Shown here one piece after another: positions 39,501-50,404 of a DNA stretch of 64,000 bases. Source of the DNA: Pecten maximus (lineage: Eukaryota). The notes beneath the pieces are model-generated. The model saw only the letters and a list, made by a program, of their open reading frames with translations. It had not been told where the DNA came from and searched no databases. Position 1 is the first letter of the stretch. Every line of letters begins with the position of its first letter. The DNA lies in the NCBI RefSeq assembly GCF_902652985.1, contig NC_047023.1:28396001-28460000 (forward strand), in the 5' to 3' direction. A program made the position numbers and the translations under genes.

Positions 39501-42500
39501 TCACCTACATTATCATAAAATGATGTTCTTGCAAATTTTTTCATGTTATTTACCTTATTCCTCTGTCGTTTAAAAATTGTTATGTCCCTTGGATGCTTGG
39601 AATTTATTGCTATTTTCCTCAACCTATCACGTATTCTCATATTTTTTCTCAAATCAGAATTCATCCATTGCTTATCTTTGGGCCTAATAGTAACTTCTTT
39701 ATTTGGTATACATGTATTAGCAAAATCAAGGAAAACTTTGGTAAACTCTACACTGGCAGAATCTGCTGATTTGCAATTTGTAAAAAGAGTGTTCCAATCA
39801 TATTTCCTGATAAGATCATTAAATAATTCAAAATTTGCTCTTTTATATAGCCATACTCGTCTTCTAAATACAGGTTTTATTTTAAAAGGAACTTCAATAT
39901 AAACAACACAAGCTTCATGATCAGTAAAATCTTTATCAGTTTCAATAACAGAAGAGTCTATACAAATAAGAGAATCTGATAATAAAATAGGATCAAGTAA
40001 ACTTGATCTTGTAGGACCTATTCGGGTAGGTTCTAATATTACATTAGTCAAATTAAAAGTATCAATAATATCTGCAAAAACATGATTTTGAGAAATTGTT
40101 AGCAAATCTACATTTAGATCACCCAACAATATAACTTCATCAGTAATGTCCTTGACGTAGTTTAAAGAGATACGGAGTATATTCCAAAAATGATTTGCAT
40201 CATGATAATTTGACAGATAAGCAGTTCCTATAATGATTTTCCTCCCTTCAGGAAGAAACACTTCAAACCACATAACTTCAAGACCAGGAGTTTCTAAAAC
40301 AGTTAATCTATTGACTTTAAGTGCATTATTAATATATACCATTATACCACCTCCTGCAAAATTTCTATCAAGTCTAAAAGGGGAGTAAAAACCATCCATA
40401 GATAAATCACTTGTTGGTAAAGAAGAATCAAGATGGGTTTCAGTTAAACAAATTATATCATACTCTCCTGCGATACTCTCCACATAATCAATTTTATTCC
40501 GTATACTTCTGATGTTTAAATGAAAAATTGAGAGTTCCCCTGGCTCAGGACCAGGATTTGATTCAATGTCCATATGTTGTAGTAAAAGCAATAGCAAGAT
40601 TAACATGAAATTTATATTGTTTAGATGTGAAAGCAAAAATGTGTTTAGTAAGCCTGCAAACTTGGTGAAATTTTGTTTTAAGATGTTTGTAAAAATCATA
40701 TAAAATGTATAATAAGAAAATAAAAGATATGAATATTTCAATAAAACTCTACCATAGGCTTTGGAGTAAAAAGTACCGATTGCCATTCTATGAGACATAT
40801 AACCATTACCCATTGTCAAATATATAGACTTGGAAAATGAAATTGTGGCAAATCGGGATGTGTAAAAGGAAATATGCTTGTGAGCAGCAGAAGATATTGA
40901 ACATGATATGTACATTGAGAACAAGAACACATACATATATATACAAAATTGGAAATTTGAGTTTCAACAGAATCATATTGAGAAAAATAAATTTCATGAT
41001 GGTAGATGTATACAGACAAGGTTGATACATTCAGAAGATATGTTAAGGAGCAGGGAATTCACTTTTGTAATCTCATTTTTTCTCTTAATCCGGATGTGAA
41101 AAACAAAAACAAAAAATAAAAATAAAAAAAAGTTCGTTAATGTATTTCACCAGCAGTTTTACATTATAACAAGGACGTATATATCTGATATACAAGTCTC
41201 TGATTATAACCACCAGCATCTTTTTAAAGATATTTCTTGTTGACGTTGATATGATATTTTTCTTTTCTTTTACCACAACACTCCATAAGTTAATACATGT
41301 GTACAAAAACGAGAAAACTACCATTCAAAAGAGGTAATATACCTATTATTGTATGTATAGGGTCATTCTACTGTTGTTTATTGTAACAGCGATTATACCC
41401 CAACCGGTGACCGGCGTCACGGGAGACCGAGGTTCTCAAGGAAACACAGGCCCAGAGGGAGTTACTGGACTGCCCGGGGCAACAGGTGTGCCCGGAAGCT
41501 TTGGTCCAACCGGAAGTACTGGGATGATGGTAGGTCCCAGCATTTCTATCTAAGGTATTAAGTTTTTCGCGGAATTGCTTACTTCGCCACTGCATCAATG
41601 ATAAGAAACGGTACGTTATGTACAAATGCGAAACAAATCCTTAAAACCAAAATCTTATATCAACCAATGTTGTTTATCCGAACGGAAGTGAACGCTGGTG
41701 TACATTACTGTGGGAGGAAACCGGATTATCCATGTGGTCGGGTAGGTGACCGCGTCAATTTTAACGACTGATCTGATAAGTCGTATATAACACAGGGACT
41801 TGACCCGTTTCTATGACCCAGAATGAAATATTTATCCCCAGGGTCCGACCCTCAATTCACTTATGATTAATAATTGTCAATTATGAGTAATTGTTGGGTC
41901 TGACCCCCGGTTGAATATTTTACTTTAGGTCATAGCCTCATTTTCCTATTTGTGTTAATTGTTCCAACCTGCTTAATAGTAGAGGTGTTCATATGGTAAT
42001 ATACTGTGCCTTAGGGAGCTGTTGGAGACAGGGGAATGACAGGTCCTATAGGACCAGTAGGGTCAACAGGACTGCAGGGACTCCAAGGCAACACCGGATC
42101 CCAGGGACTCACTGGAATTAACGGAGAAAGGGGCGTCACAGGCAACTTGGGACCTCAGGGTCCTCGGGGACGTACAGGCATACAGGGGTTACTAGGGGCA
42201 CACGGAAGTCGGGGTGAGACTGGTGATAGGGGAGATATGGGTGACGCCGGAAGTACAGGCATTAGCGGACTTCCGGCGGCCACTGGTGTGGCAGGCATAG
42301 CAGGCCAGGCAGGAATAAAGGGGCCACTGGGAGACAAGGGACCAATGGGATCCCAAGGGGATGTAGGTGTAGAAGGTGTAGCAGGATCAACCGGAATTCG
42401 AGGCCCTGTCTGGGATCCCTTTGGTAAGTAGGTACAGGGATAAACTAAAGGACTTGTCATCAGTTGACAGAGTTTGGTTTTAATTATCGTCGCCGTTAAT

Positions 42501-44528
42501 GCCTTTCTGTTCTTTGTCATACTGACGGTAGCAGAGGTTCTAGTCAATAATAAATTAACGACACCTTTTTCACGTTTACGACAATATAAATTCAGCAAAT
42601 TCAGTCCACACATAAACTGAGAAGTGTAATTGATTCATAAACTATCACACATGCGCATTATTATCTTTTCATGTTCTCTCATTTTGAAGTTTTTGAAATG
42701 CACCATTTAATAACAATTTTAACGCATTACCTGACTAGTTACTCATTGCTTCAGCACAAAACATAACCGATTCTGAATCCTGTGTATAAATATTTCAGAT
42801 GTGAACTATTGCGCCATCCACGCGGGGGACTGTGACCATGGCTGTACAAACAGCCCTGTTGGGTACACGTGCACCTGTCGACAGGGCTACAATCTACTAA
42901 ATAACGGAGACTGCCGAGGTAGGTATTGCTTGTCTGCCATTCCGTCTTTAAGGCTGCGAGTTCAATCAGTCAGTAGGACGTCAACTAATGCTATAGGGTG
43001 AAGATCTGAGATATGTGGTTCACTCACTTGCCGGGCGGTTAGCGTTTCTCGGGAGGCCGAGATCAACATGTCCTGGTTGCTCCGGAAAGGATATTGCGGT
43101 CCACGTGATTTCCATTGGGTTTGGGGAAGCCACCAGCTTCAAGGAGTTTTCGTTTCAAAATGACCGTGTCTGTTCATGGGAAAAGCAAACACAGGTTTTC
43201 AACTAACTTGGAGACATTTTTGAATTGAATTGATGAATTTCTTTTAATTTATAACTGTCCCCATTGTCCGTTTATCACACAGGATTTCATAAATGTAAAC
43301 TTTACATGATTTGCAACAATATCGAAACAAGTATACCAACTTGTAAGTCATCGCTCTTGTTGGCGCGGATAGAAGCGCTCGAGGGGTCTTAGTGTGGCAG
43401 AAAACCGGAGTACCCGGAGAGAACCCACGTGGTCAGACAGGTGACACAAATATCTTTTCATGTCCGATCTCGGAATCGAACCCTGGCTGCCTAGGTGAAG
43501 ACAAGCATGGCATAGCTAGAACAAGGAGTTTGAGGCTAGATTTCGCTTATACTAATGTCTCTTTATTAAAAAGTTTTATGTTTCCATTCCTCTGTCTCAG
43601 ATATTGATGAGTGTATCACAAAGAATGGTGGTTGTCAGTATTTCTGTCAGAACACCGCCGGAAGTTACGTATGTTCCTGTCCACAGGGATACATACTGGC
43701 GAGAGACGAACATAGGTGTGACGGTAAGTGTCCTAACCGGAACCGGAAGTACACTGTATAATGGCAATGTAAAATAAATTTTCGAATACAATTAATTCTA
43801 ATGTTTCTACCTTTTATATATAACTGTCGTTTTTTTTCACGGAATATATTAATACGATTTGTATGTTAAAATACTTCTAATGTCCCGTTATTGACGAGAG
43901 TGATTTTCATGAATTGATTGTCAGATATCGACGAATGTCTTGAAAATAATGGCGACTGTTCCACTGACCAAATGTGCATCAACACGTGGGATGGGCACAT
44001 GTGTTTAGGTCCCAGCACTGTTTCAAATGTCGCAGGTCTCTGTAAGTATGACGTCATATCATGTATTGGTTTTTATTTGTGTAAAACATGTGTATGGTAA
44101 TTATAACAGAATTCTGAACTGGTATGTACTAACCATCTCCATCATTTTGCTAAAAAAATATCGCAACACTGCTGTATGACCTTGACATACGTCTGTTTTT
44201 ATCCTATCAATTTTAAATCTATCATTACTTAAACTAAACAGCCACTACGAACGAAGACATGCTGACCTATTCCATGTTTGTTGGTATCATCATCTGGATG
44301 GCTGTTGTCACGTTCATCATGATCTTGGAAGTGGTTTTACTTCTTCCGGAACTCAACAACCGGTCCCGCCGTCCAGAGTCGCCAACATCTATAGCCCCGT
44401 CCGTCATAATTGAGGAGCAGAACCCAGAATACTATTTCCCCGCCTTCTTCCCGCGCGTGCGCCTTGGGATCCGGGATTATTACAGTAACGCTAGGTCAGA
44501 GACCAACGAGAAACGCCTGCGTCTGTAA
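27513..44528 (+). CDS. Uncharacterised type I membrane protein: signal peptide, 2 beta-rich repeats, collagen domain, calcium-binding EGF domains, TM helix (about 732 aa)
   Basis: Phase-consistent exons 27513-27579, 32921-33150, 33490-33709, 34265-34285, 35818-36059, 36433-36655, 41390-41529, 42015-42423, 42799-42918, 43601-43723, 43925-44041, 44242-44528 (2199 nt). Leader [23 protein letters not shown]; 57 Gly-X-Y triplets; DVNYC and DIDEC EGF exons in phase 1-1; TM segment [25 protein letters not shown]. Confidence 0.8.
29466..30315. mobile_element. TIR-bounded non-autonomous DNA element with 21-bp subterminal repeats and an internal long hairpin
   Basis: Inverted ends TATGGGCGCC and GGCGCCCATA. 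ATCACTTAAACGACT repeats at 29499-29600. Imperfect palindrome 30064-30240 centred on AGGCCTGCGGCCT. Confidence 0.55.
30441..32870 (+). repeat. 34-bp satellite array (about 70 copies) with interspersed 38-bp variants
   Basis: Unit GATGTGATACTAGTCTCGTTAACGACTATACTAT, containing the palindrome TCGTTAACGA. Confidence 0.97.
33789..33898. mobile_element. 110-bp hairpin MITE with 8-bp TSD
   Basis: Perfect inverted arms of about 51 bp (CACAGGGGCTTGGCACG...) around an 8-nt loop. Direct repeat TACGTGAC at 33781-33788 and 33899-33906. Confidence 0.85.
34400..35835 (+). repeat. 39-bp minisatellite (about 36 copies) running into a 3' splice site and exon start
   Basis: Unit GTGGTCTGTTCTAG|CTTATTCTAGTTTTAAACCGTGACT. 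The last, diverged copy is the real acceptor GTCGTCTTTTCCAG|CTTATTTCGGTTTTAACC. Confidence 0.93.
37179..41130 (-). mobile_element. CR1-group non-LTR retrotransposon (LINE), about 3.95 kb, intact ORF, 8-bp TSD AGTTCGTT
   Basis: TSD at 37171-37178 and 41131-41138. The 3' UTR has a stem-loop (AAGTTGTAATAACTT) and ends AATAAAATATGTTTAAAGTCA. Inserted antisense in an intron of the collagen/EGF gene. Confidence 0.9.
37391..40936 (-). CDS. LINE ORF2-type polyprotein: hydrophobic leader, 2A-like motif, APE endonuclease, reverse transcriptase, C-terminal Cys/His motif
   Basis: Uninterrupted 1181-codon ORF; likely ATG at 40813 (MGNG...). APE motifs NIRS, LTETHL, GDLN, TDH. RT motifs [39 protein letters not shown]-terminal CVNCG..E..HHFFFEC. 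Confidence 0.95.
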   Translation of the reverse strand: MYVFLFSMYISCSISSAAHKHISFYTSRFATISFSKSIYLTMGNGYMSHRMAIGTFYSKAYGRVLLKYSYLLFSYYTFYMIFTNILKQNFTKFAGLLNTFLLSHLNNINFMLILLLLLLQHMDIESNPGPEPGELSIFHLNIRSIRNKIDYVESIAGEYDIICLTETHLDSSLPTSDLSMDGFYSPFRLDRNFAGGGIMVYINNALKVNRLTVLETPGLEVMWFEVFLPEGRKIIIGTAYLSNYHDANHFWNILRISLNYVKDITDEVILLGDLNVDLLTISQNHVFADIIDTFNLTNVILEPTRIGPTRSSLLDPILLSDSLICIDSSVIETDKDFTDHEACVVYIEVPFKIKPVFRRRVWLYKRANFELFNDLIRKYDWNTLFTNCKSADSASVEFTKVFLDFANTCIPNKEVTIRPKDKQWMNSDLRKNMRIRDRLRKIAINSKHPRDITIFKRQRNKVNNMKKFARTSFYDNVGDLIDYYYSGDPKNYWKLIKRLINNSGTESIPTLIDPNTGHISVDDKDKSNLLNEYFCSITNIDDNNSEVPVLEPKTNSSLNSLLVTSNEICDVLKNLKLGKASGEDGISHHMLKYTAYTVCKPLELLFNFSLSTCIFPNIWKTAKVMPLFKKGDRHSISNYRPISLLSTVGKVLERVIFKHLYNYFFENALFYRFQAGFMPGNSAVYQLIEIYHNICLNLEEKKHTCMIFCDISKAFDRVWHKGLLTKLNSYGISGNLLSWIENYLCNRQQKVYINSSSSDAGMIMAGVPQGSILGPLLFLIYINDIADELESTARLFADDTSLIKSSSSCREIELVLNRDLEKLNQWAKTWLVSFNPNKTEIIFISNSDNIEENLDLIFDGTFLNFSSLHRHLGVIFNSNAKWSDHIDEIYKSVMKKINVLRKIKYMLKRDALLRIYKSFILPVLEYACEVWGGCSQADSEKLERAQLEAARIITGLPSYTRKEFLYFETSLEPLSDRRAKRNLQLLYKIKNNMTPSYLSNLLPPSVGNNNPYPLRNKDNFRIPNYRLSSTINSFFPSTLRNWNNLDDNVKSISLSSFKLALSQPISTSLPCYYNYGERKFNIIHTKLRYKCSSLKDDLFRVNLAEDSICVNCGNICENVHHFFFECPIYATARAEMFQYFNDLNIHVNLNLLLYGNENLALEVNSYVFGYVQSFIKSSRRF
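43392..43500 (-). mobile_element. tRNA-derived SINE fragment with V-domain-like core
   Basis: AAACCGGAGTACCCGGAGAGAACCCAC core plus the B-box reverse complement GGAATCGAACCC. A related fragment lies at about 41709-41751. Confidence 0.6.
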
Positions 44529-44954
44529 ACAGACATGAATTAAACTATCATAAAATGTTATCAACGTGTGATATTTTATTATACCCCCACCCCCGTCGAA
44601 AGAATGGATACAAGGTGTTTCAGTCCTAATTCTGATGATAATTGTGAAACAAAATGTTTTAATGCAAATACAATCTTAAAGAAACACATTTTGATGACAC
44701 TTGATTATATTTGCATCACCGAGTCGTTGTGCATTGTATTGTAATCGGTTCATTGATCAAATGTCAAATATTCAGTATAATTTTGTCTGGGTATAAGGAA
44801 CATATACACTTTCATGTACATCTTCCCTTGTTTTTTATGGAAATGTCAACTGTATTGGTTCAGAAGGCTAATTCAGACAACATAGTTCGAGCAATTTTTA
44901 TGTCGAAAAGATCAAACTTATTTCATGTTGAATGGTTTGTCACGTTCTAACGGA

Positions 44955-46170
44955 ACTAGACGTGTTGTACACGTGTTATCGGTATACACGTAGACTAGGA
45001 GTGTTGTACACGTGTTATCGGTATACACGTAGACTAGACGTGTTGTACACGTGTTATCGGTATACACGTAGACTAGACGTGTTGTACATGTGTTATCGGT
45101 GTACACGTAGACTAGGAGTGTTGTACATGTGTTATCGGTATACACGTAGACTAGACGTGTTGTACACGTGTTATCGGTATACACGTAGACTAGACGTGTT
45201 GTACATGTGTTATCGGTATACACGTAGACTAGACGTGTTGTACATGTGTTATCGGTATACACGTAGACTAGACGTGTTGTACATGTGTTATCGGTATACA
45301 CGTAGACTAGGAGTGTTGTACATGTGTTATCGGTATACACGTAGACTAGGAGTGTTGTACATGTGTTATCGGTATACACGTAGACTAGACGTGTTGTACA
45401 CGTGTTATCGGTATACACGTAGACTAGACGTGTTGTACACGTGTTATCGGTATACACGTAGACTAGACGTGTTGTACACGTGTTATCGGTATACACGTAG
45501 ACTAGACGTGTTGTACACGTGTTATCGGTATACACGTAGACTAGACGTGTTGTACACGTGTTATCGGTATACACGTAGACTAGACGTGTTGTACACGTGT
45601 TATCGGTATACACGTAGACTAGACGTGTTGTACACGTGTTATCGGTATACACGTAGACTAGACGTGTTGTACACGTGTTATCGGTATACACGTAGACTAG
45701 ACGTGTTGTACACGTGTTATCGGTATACACGTAGACTAGACGTGTTGTACACGTGTTATCGGTATACACGTAGACTAGACGTGTTGTACACGTGTTATCG
45801 GTATACACGTAGACTAGACGTGTTGTACACGTGTTATCGGTATACACGTAGACTAGGAGTGTTGTACACGTGTTATCGGTATACACGTAGACTAGACGTG
45901 TTGTACACGTGTTATCGGTATACACGTAGACTAGACGTGTTGTACATGTGTTATCGGTATACACGTAGACTAGACGTGTTGTACATGTGTTATCGGTATA
46001 CACGTAGACTAGGAGTGTTGTACATGTGTTATCGGTATACACGTAGACTAGACGTGTTGTACACGTGTTATCGGTATACACGTAGACTAGACGTGTTGTA
46101 CATGTGTTATCGGTATACACGTAGACTAGACGTGTTGTACATGTGTTATCGGTATACACGTAGACTAGGA
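44955..46170 (+). repeat. 39-bp minisatellite (about 31 near-identical copies)
   Basis: Unit ACTAGACGTGTTGTACACGTGTTATCGGTATACACGTAG. It produces 13-aa repeat ORFs on both strands. Confidence 0.97.
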
Positions 46171-49100
46171 GAAATTGTCTCTCTTTGACAGGTTGATGCT
46201 GTAATATTTAAGTGACGGAGTTAAAATGTACACTTCATGTACTTATAGTAAACCAACTCCAAAACATACAAAGTCAAGAGGAGATCTGTAAGTAAGAGTT
46301 ACACCATCATCTTGTCAAACATTCCTGTTATTCCAGTACCATAATACTTATAATATCTTATCATTACGGATCCGCTGTCTGTGGGTCTTGTTTTTACTAA
46401 CTCATTCATGGACTCTCCGGACGCATAGTTCCTTATATAACCCCAGGCCCCCTACCCTAACTGAAAACGTGTATTGACAGTGTTAATACCGACAGCCTAA
46501 CCTAACATATAGAAAATCGTATTTATTATGGCTTTCGTTACATCACAGATCAAATCGGACGTGTGAACTCTTTTAGTGGCCGTGATATATGGTGATTGGT
46601 TATGTGACAAAAGGTAAATAATGGAACTGGACTTACGGGAATTGAAACTAGATAGCCCTCCAAATGTACTTATCTGTATAACACATATTGTATCTGTCCC
46701 AACGCCAAACATTAAGTATATTTAACGCTGAGTACTTGTGCAAATCAGTGTTAAAATGATCGCCATTAATGACCGTAAAGTGACCACTGACTATATAGGT
46801 GTATCGTAAACTGACCAACTCGTAATCAATTTCGGATGACTGGTTTGCGCTAACGAGTTAATCCCTAATCGCTACTTCATGTCACAGTAACTAACTACTT
46901 CACCTATATACACCTTACGATAATAGTTAGAGCAAGTACTGGTAATATACTAGTGGTCAATTTATTTTACTGTAACTGGTCATCTGCCAAATAGGTCCGG
47001 ACAATCGGACCTAAATATGTTTAGTTGATTAAGCACTGGATATACATTAAAAGGATAGACGATATTGTCCGGAAGTACTCAGGTAATTCTATACGGTAAG
47101 GACACTGGTCAAGCTACTCCGGACAGAGGCGTATGTACTGTGTTGATTTTGACCACTCGAGTCTAAGAAGCAGCCGGACAGACTAGACTGACCAGCGAAA
47201 CACATCCAAATATTTGTGTACATTGTAAGTGCCGGACAATCGTCATTCCAGCGCTGATGATCAACTAGATATGTACGTTACGTGGTAAGTATGGACAAAT
47301 TTATCTACGGTAATGATTGAATTGTTTTTAGTATGTAGATAACTGCGTCATAATAAGTTATCTTGGCGTCGGCTACCACACACATTAGGGCGAGCCTGTT
47401 TGAACCTTCTACACATGTCATACTTCAAACTTGAAAACATCGTTATTCCTGGTGTACTCCAGGTTTGTGACATATGAGATCTCGCTTCACTCGTCTGTAA
47501 CATCGTAGGTGTAAGGGATATCCTTTCAGAGTTCATTTAATTTTTAAAAGGCGAAATAGCCCAAGTAGGTAAATTACCAAAATGTTAAGTTGCGCAAGAG
47601 ACGATCGTCCAATCCTGTCCAAGTCATCATCAAATTAATCCCTCAAGCTATTGTATGATGACGACGGACAATGTTTGCTGAAAAGTTAATTGACGTTGTA
47701 CATGGGAACTACAACAAGGTGTAAAATCATCTCTATATTTAACTTAATTTTACTTGCACAACAACCAACGGTGTTTCAAATCACGAGGAATGTTTCTTTT
47801 TACTGACCCATCACCATACCAACTCCTGTCCGATCAGTAGGGTAAGGCTAGCGTCTCACGCTGCTGCAGTAAAGTAGACTTTGACTGTCTGAGCTGCTCC
47901 AAACTCCGCAATAAAGAAAGACCTTTTTTCCGCTGCTCCATTTGGAATCGTCTGCGAGCATGTGCCACAAACCTAACCACCAATATTAGCTCGACGTGGC
48001 GACGTTGGGGGCCGGCATAGGAACGCCTTGTTCCTAGATTATCCTCCTACAGATGTCACATGACATAGTAGCTTTGGAAGTTTCAGCATTCAATGATGCT
48101 AGAGGCATACCCCAAAATGCCAAAAGTAATCTGTGTGGCGACTGCTCTCTGCATGTAGATTGGCATGGCCAAATCGAAAGCTCGGTGACCGTCATCTTGT
48201 AACCAACTAGTAATAAACTACAATGTTGTTTGATCCTGAGGTCACCATTCCGTTCCCGATGACATACCCCTAAGGGTGCAAATAGGAAAGTGAATGAAAC
48301 CCCTGAGGATTGCTAAAGTATAATGTACCGGCCAACGGTATTGTCTGTTAAGGGTTCAGATTTGAATTAATTATTACTGATGCTGGATACCTAATATTCT
48401 TTTACAAGTATGTTTTGTGTACTCCCCTTAAAATTGGGAATACGTGAAGGCGGTCGATTTCCTTTTCGGAATTGTCGAGTTAAAGTTATCAATATATATA
48501 TATAAGTCTGACCGAGTTTCATTAATCTGATAAGCCGTCACTAAAGTATATAGTATTTCCCTGCGTTACATTTTTATTTATTTTTTGTTCCAGTATAGTT
48601 TTAAAAATGTAGATTACAATGCTGCAAGGATACCTACCTATGATTCTAACGCATCCCGTATATCCTCCCCGTCCTTCAGCGGTTTTCCTCGCTTATGATA
48701 CCCAGGTCAGATCATCTAAAAAAATTTTAAATGAAACGATGAATTGCGATCTAGAACCCGAAAATCAAGTCATAGAGGCGTATGAAGTTTGATTGGAATT
48801 GGTCCAACAGAAATGGAAACTATTTATGATAACGGTGCCTTAAACATTCAGACCTGAAATGAAATCCCGAAACAAAGTAAGCGACTTCGATGCATTGTAA
48901 AAAGTTTGATCGGAATAAGCTCAACACCAATGAAAGTATTTCGCGGAAACGAATGTCTATTTATACATAACCATGCCCGATAGGAAATCCCAAACAATGC
49001 ATTACGTTGAGTGAGCGCTGTACGACGTTTGGACTGTACCTTTTTTGTTGATAATATCTGTGTCACCTTGATATCTGACTTTGGTCTTGGAACAAGGCAA

Positions 49101-49273
49101 AAGACAATCCATGTATAGGGAGCGGAAATCTATTGTATATTTACTGTAAAAGTGAGATATTTGACGAAGAACGATTAAATGGAGAAGAAACTTGGAAATA
49201 CAAGCGATTGGTCAGGTTTAATGGGCTCACACCAATCAATTTGCTAGTTATATCACCTATAACAGGGGTATGT

Positions 49274-49559
49274 GTTTGTTTGTTTGCCGCGTTTATCGAC
49301 GACCCGTGAACAACCAGGGTAATTTTGAGGCGGGGTCTTCTTGTAGTAGTTGGTGACTACCTCACTGAGCTGGAGGCCTGTTGCATGCCATCCAGATAAA
49401 TCAGAGTAAAGTGCCCAAGGACAAAACCATGACAGTACAGACTTGCATGTTAATCAGCTTCCAGAGAAACGAAACCAACATGTGCATAGGGAGCTTCGAA
49501 CCATGCAGACCGGTCTTCACCTGAGGTTACGTGGTCGTCGCGCTAACCGACTGAGGTCC
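49274..49559 (-). mobile_element. tRNA-derived SINE (CORE-like central motif, (AAAC)n tail)
   Basis: Minus strand: A-box-like CTCAGTCGGTTAGCGCG, B-box-like GGTTCGAAGC, central TGTCCTTGGGCACTTTAC, tail (AAAC)n. A related 3' fragment lies at about 62388-62460. Confidence 0.65.
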
Positions 49560-49750
49560 TTTTACCAGGGATGCAGAGAGCGGAAGTGAAGTATTGGGTG
49601 GAAACGAAAGCCTCTAATGTTGAATGAAATATTGTTTACCTTAAAATAACGTCATAAAACAAACGAATACATCATACAGAAGGCTAGCTTTATTTTTGTC
49701 AAAATCACACAGGTAGACGTACAACTGCGTGCAGAATCGTCTTAGATGGA

Positions 49751-49960
49751 CGCTTTACGCTGTTTTTGTGTCGGCTAGTGGGGCGCTTTACGCTGTTTTT
49801 GTGTCGTCTAGTGGGGCGCTTTACGCTGTTTTTGTGTCGTCTAGTGGGGCGCTTTACGCTGTGTTTGTGTCGTCTAGTGGGGCGCTTTACGCTCTTTTTG
49901 TGTCGTCTAGTGGGGCGCTTTACGCTCTTTTTGTGTCGTCTAGTGGGGCGCTTTACGCTT
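49751..49960 (+). repeat. 33-bp minisatellite (about 6 copies)
   Basis: Unit GCGCTTTACGCTGTTTTTGTGTCGTCTAGTGGG. Confidence 0.93.
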
Positions 49961-50213
49961 TACGCACTAGCTACTGGTCAATCCACGACACTCAGGACAG
50001 TGGAGATCTACAGAGAAACGGAAGGGGACACACGGTATTTTATCTGTTACTGACCAAACGACAATCTGAGGTGTTGATTGTAAACTCCAGACGTCATGTA
50101 GAGATAGGTCGAACAAGATACTGGGCCATTTCGTGGTCGATTTTTCGTGGCAATACTCCGGGCCTACTTTATATCATACTTCAAAAAGCCAGGCTCTGAG
50201 ACCTATCAGACCA

Positions 50214-50326
50214 CTTACCACTCATCGTGTAGAGAACTGACCATTACTCAACTTACCGCTCATCGTGTAGAGAACTGACCATTACTCAATTTACCGCTCA
50301 TCGTGTAGAGAACTGACCATTACTCA
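50214..50326 (+). repeat. 38-bp tandem repeat x3
   Basis: TTACCGCTCATCGTGTAGAGAACTGACCATTACTCAA occurs three times. Confidence 0.88.
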
Positions 50327-50404
50327 GAGGAGAAGATGAGACGTATTATGCCGAGACTCGAAGAACTGTTGATGGAGACTCTAACAATTGGGTTACATGT
50401 ACAT

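Larger units (their letters stand above)
36912..41241 (+). mobile_element. HINE-like element split by the LINE insertion
   Basis: 36912-37178 and 41131-41241 together match the copy at 4561-4930 in inverted orientation. Confidence 0.65.

Noticed and set aside
42155-42613. Pro-rich minus-strand ORF (also the antisense ORFs over HAUS6 exons and the LINE)
   Set aside because: These are antisense shadows of real coding exons.
44918-46188. 413-aa and 418-aa ORFs as genes
   Set aside because: They result from a 39-bp unit with stop-free frames; there is no unique coding sequence or splice structure.
47800-48330. Possible decayed retroelement fragment
   Set aside because: No convincing RT or endonuclease motif could be read.
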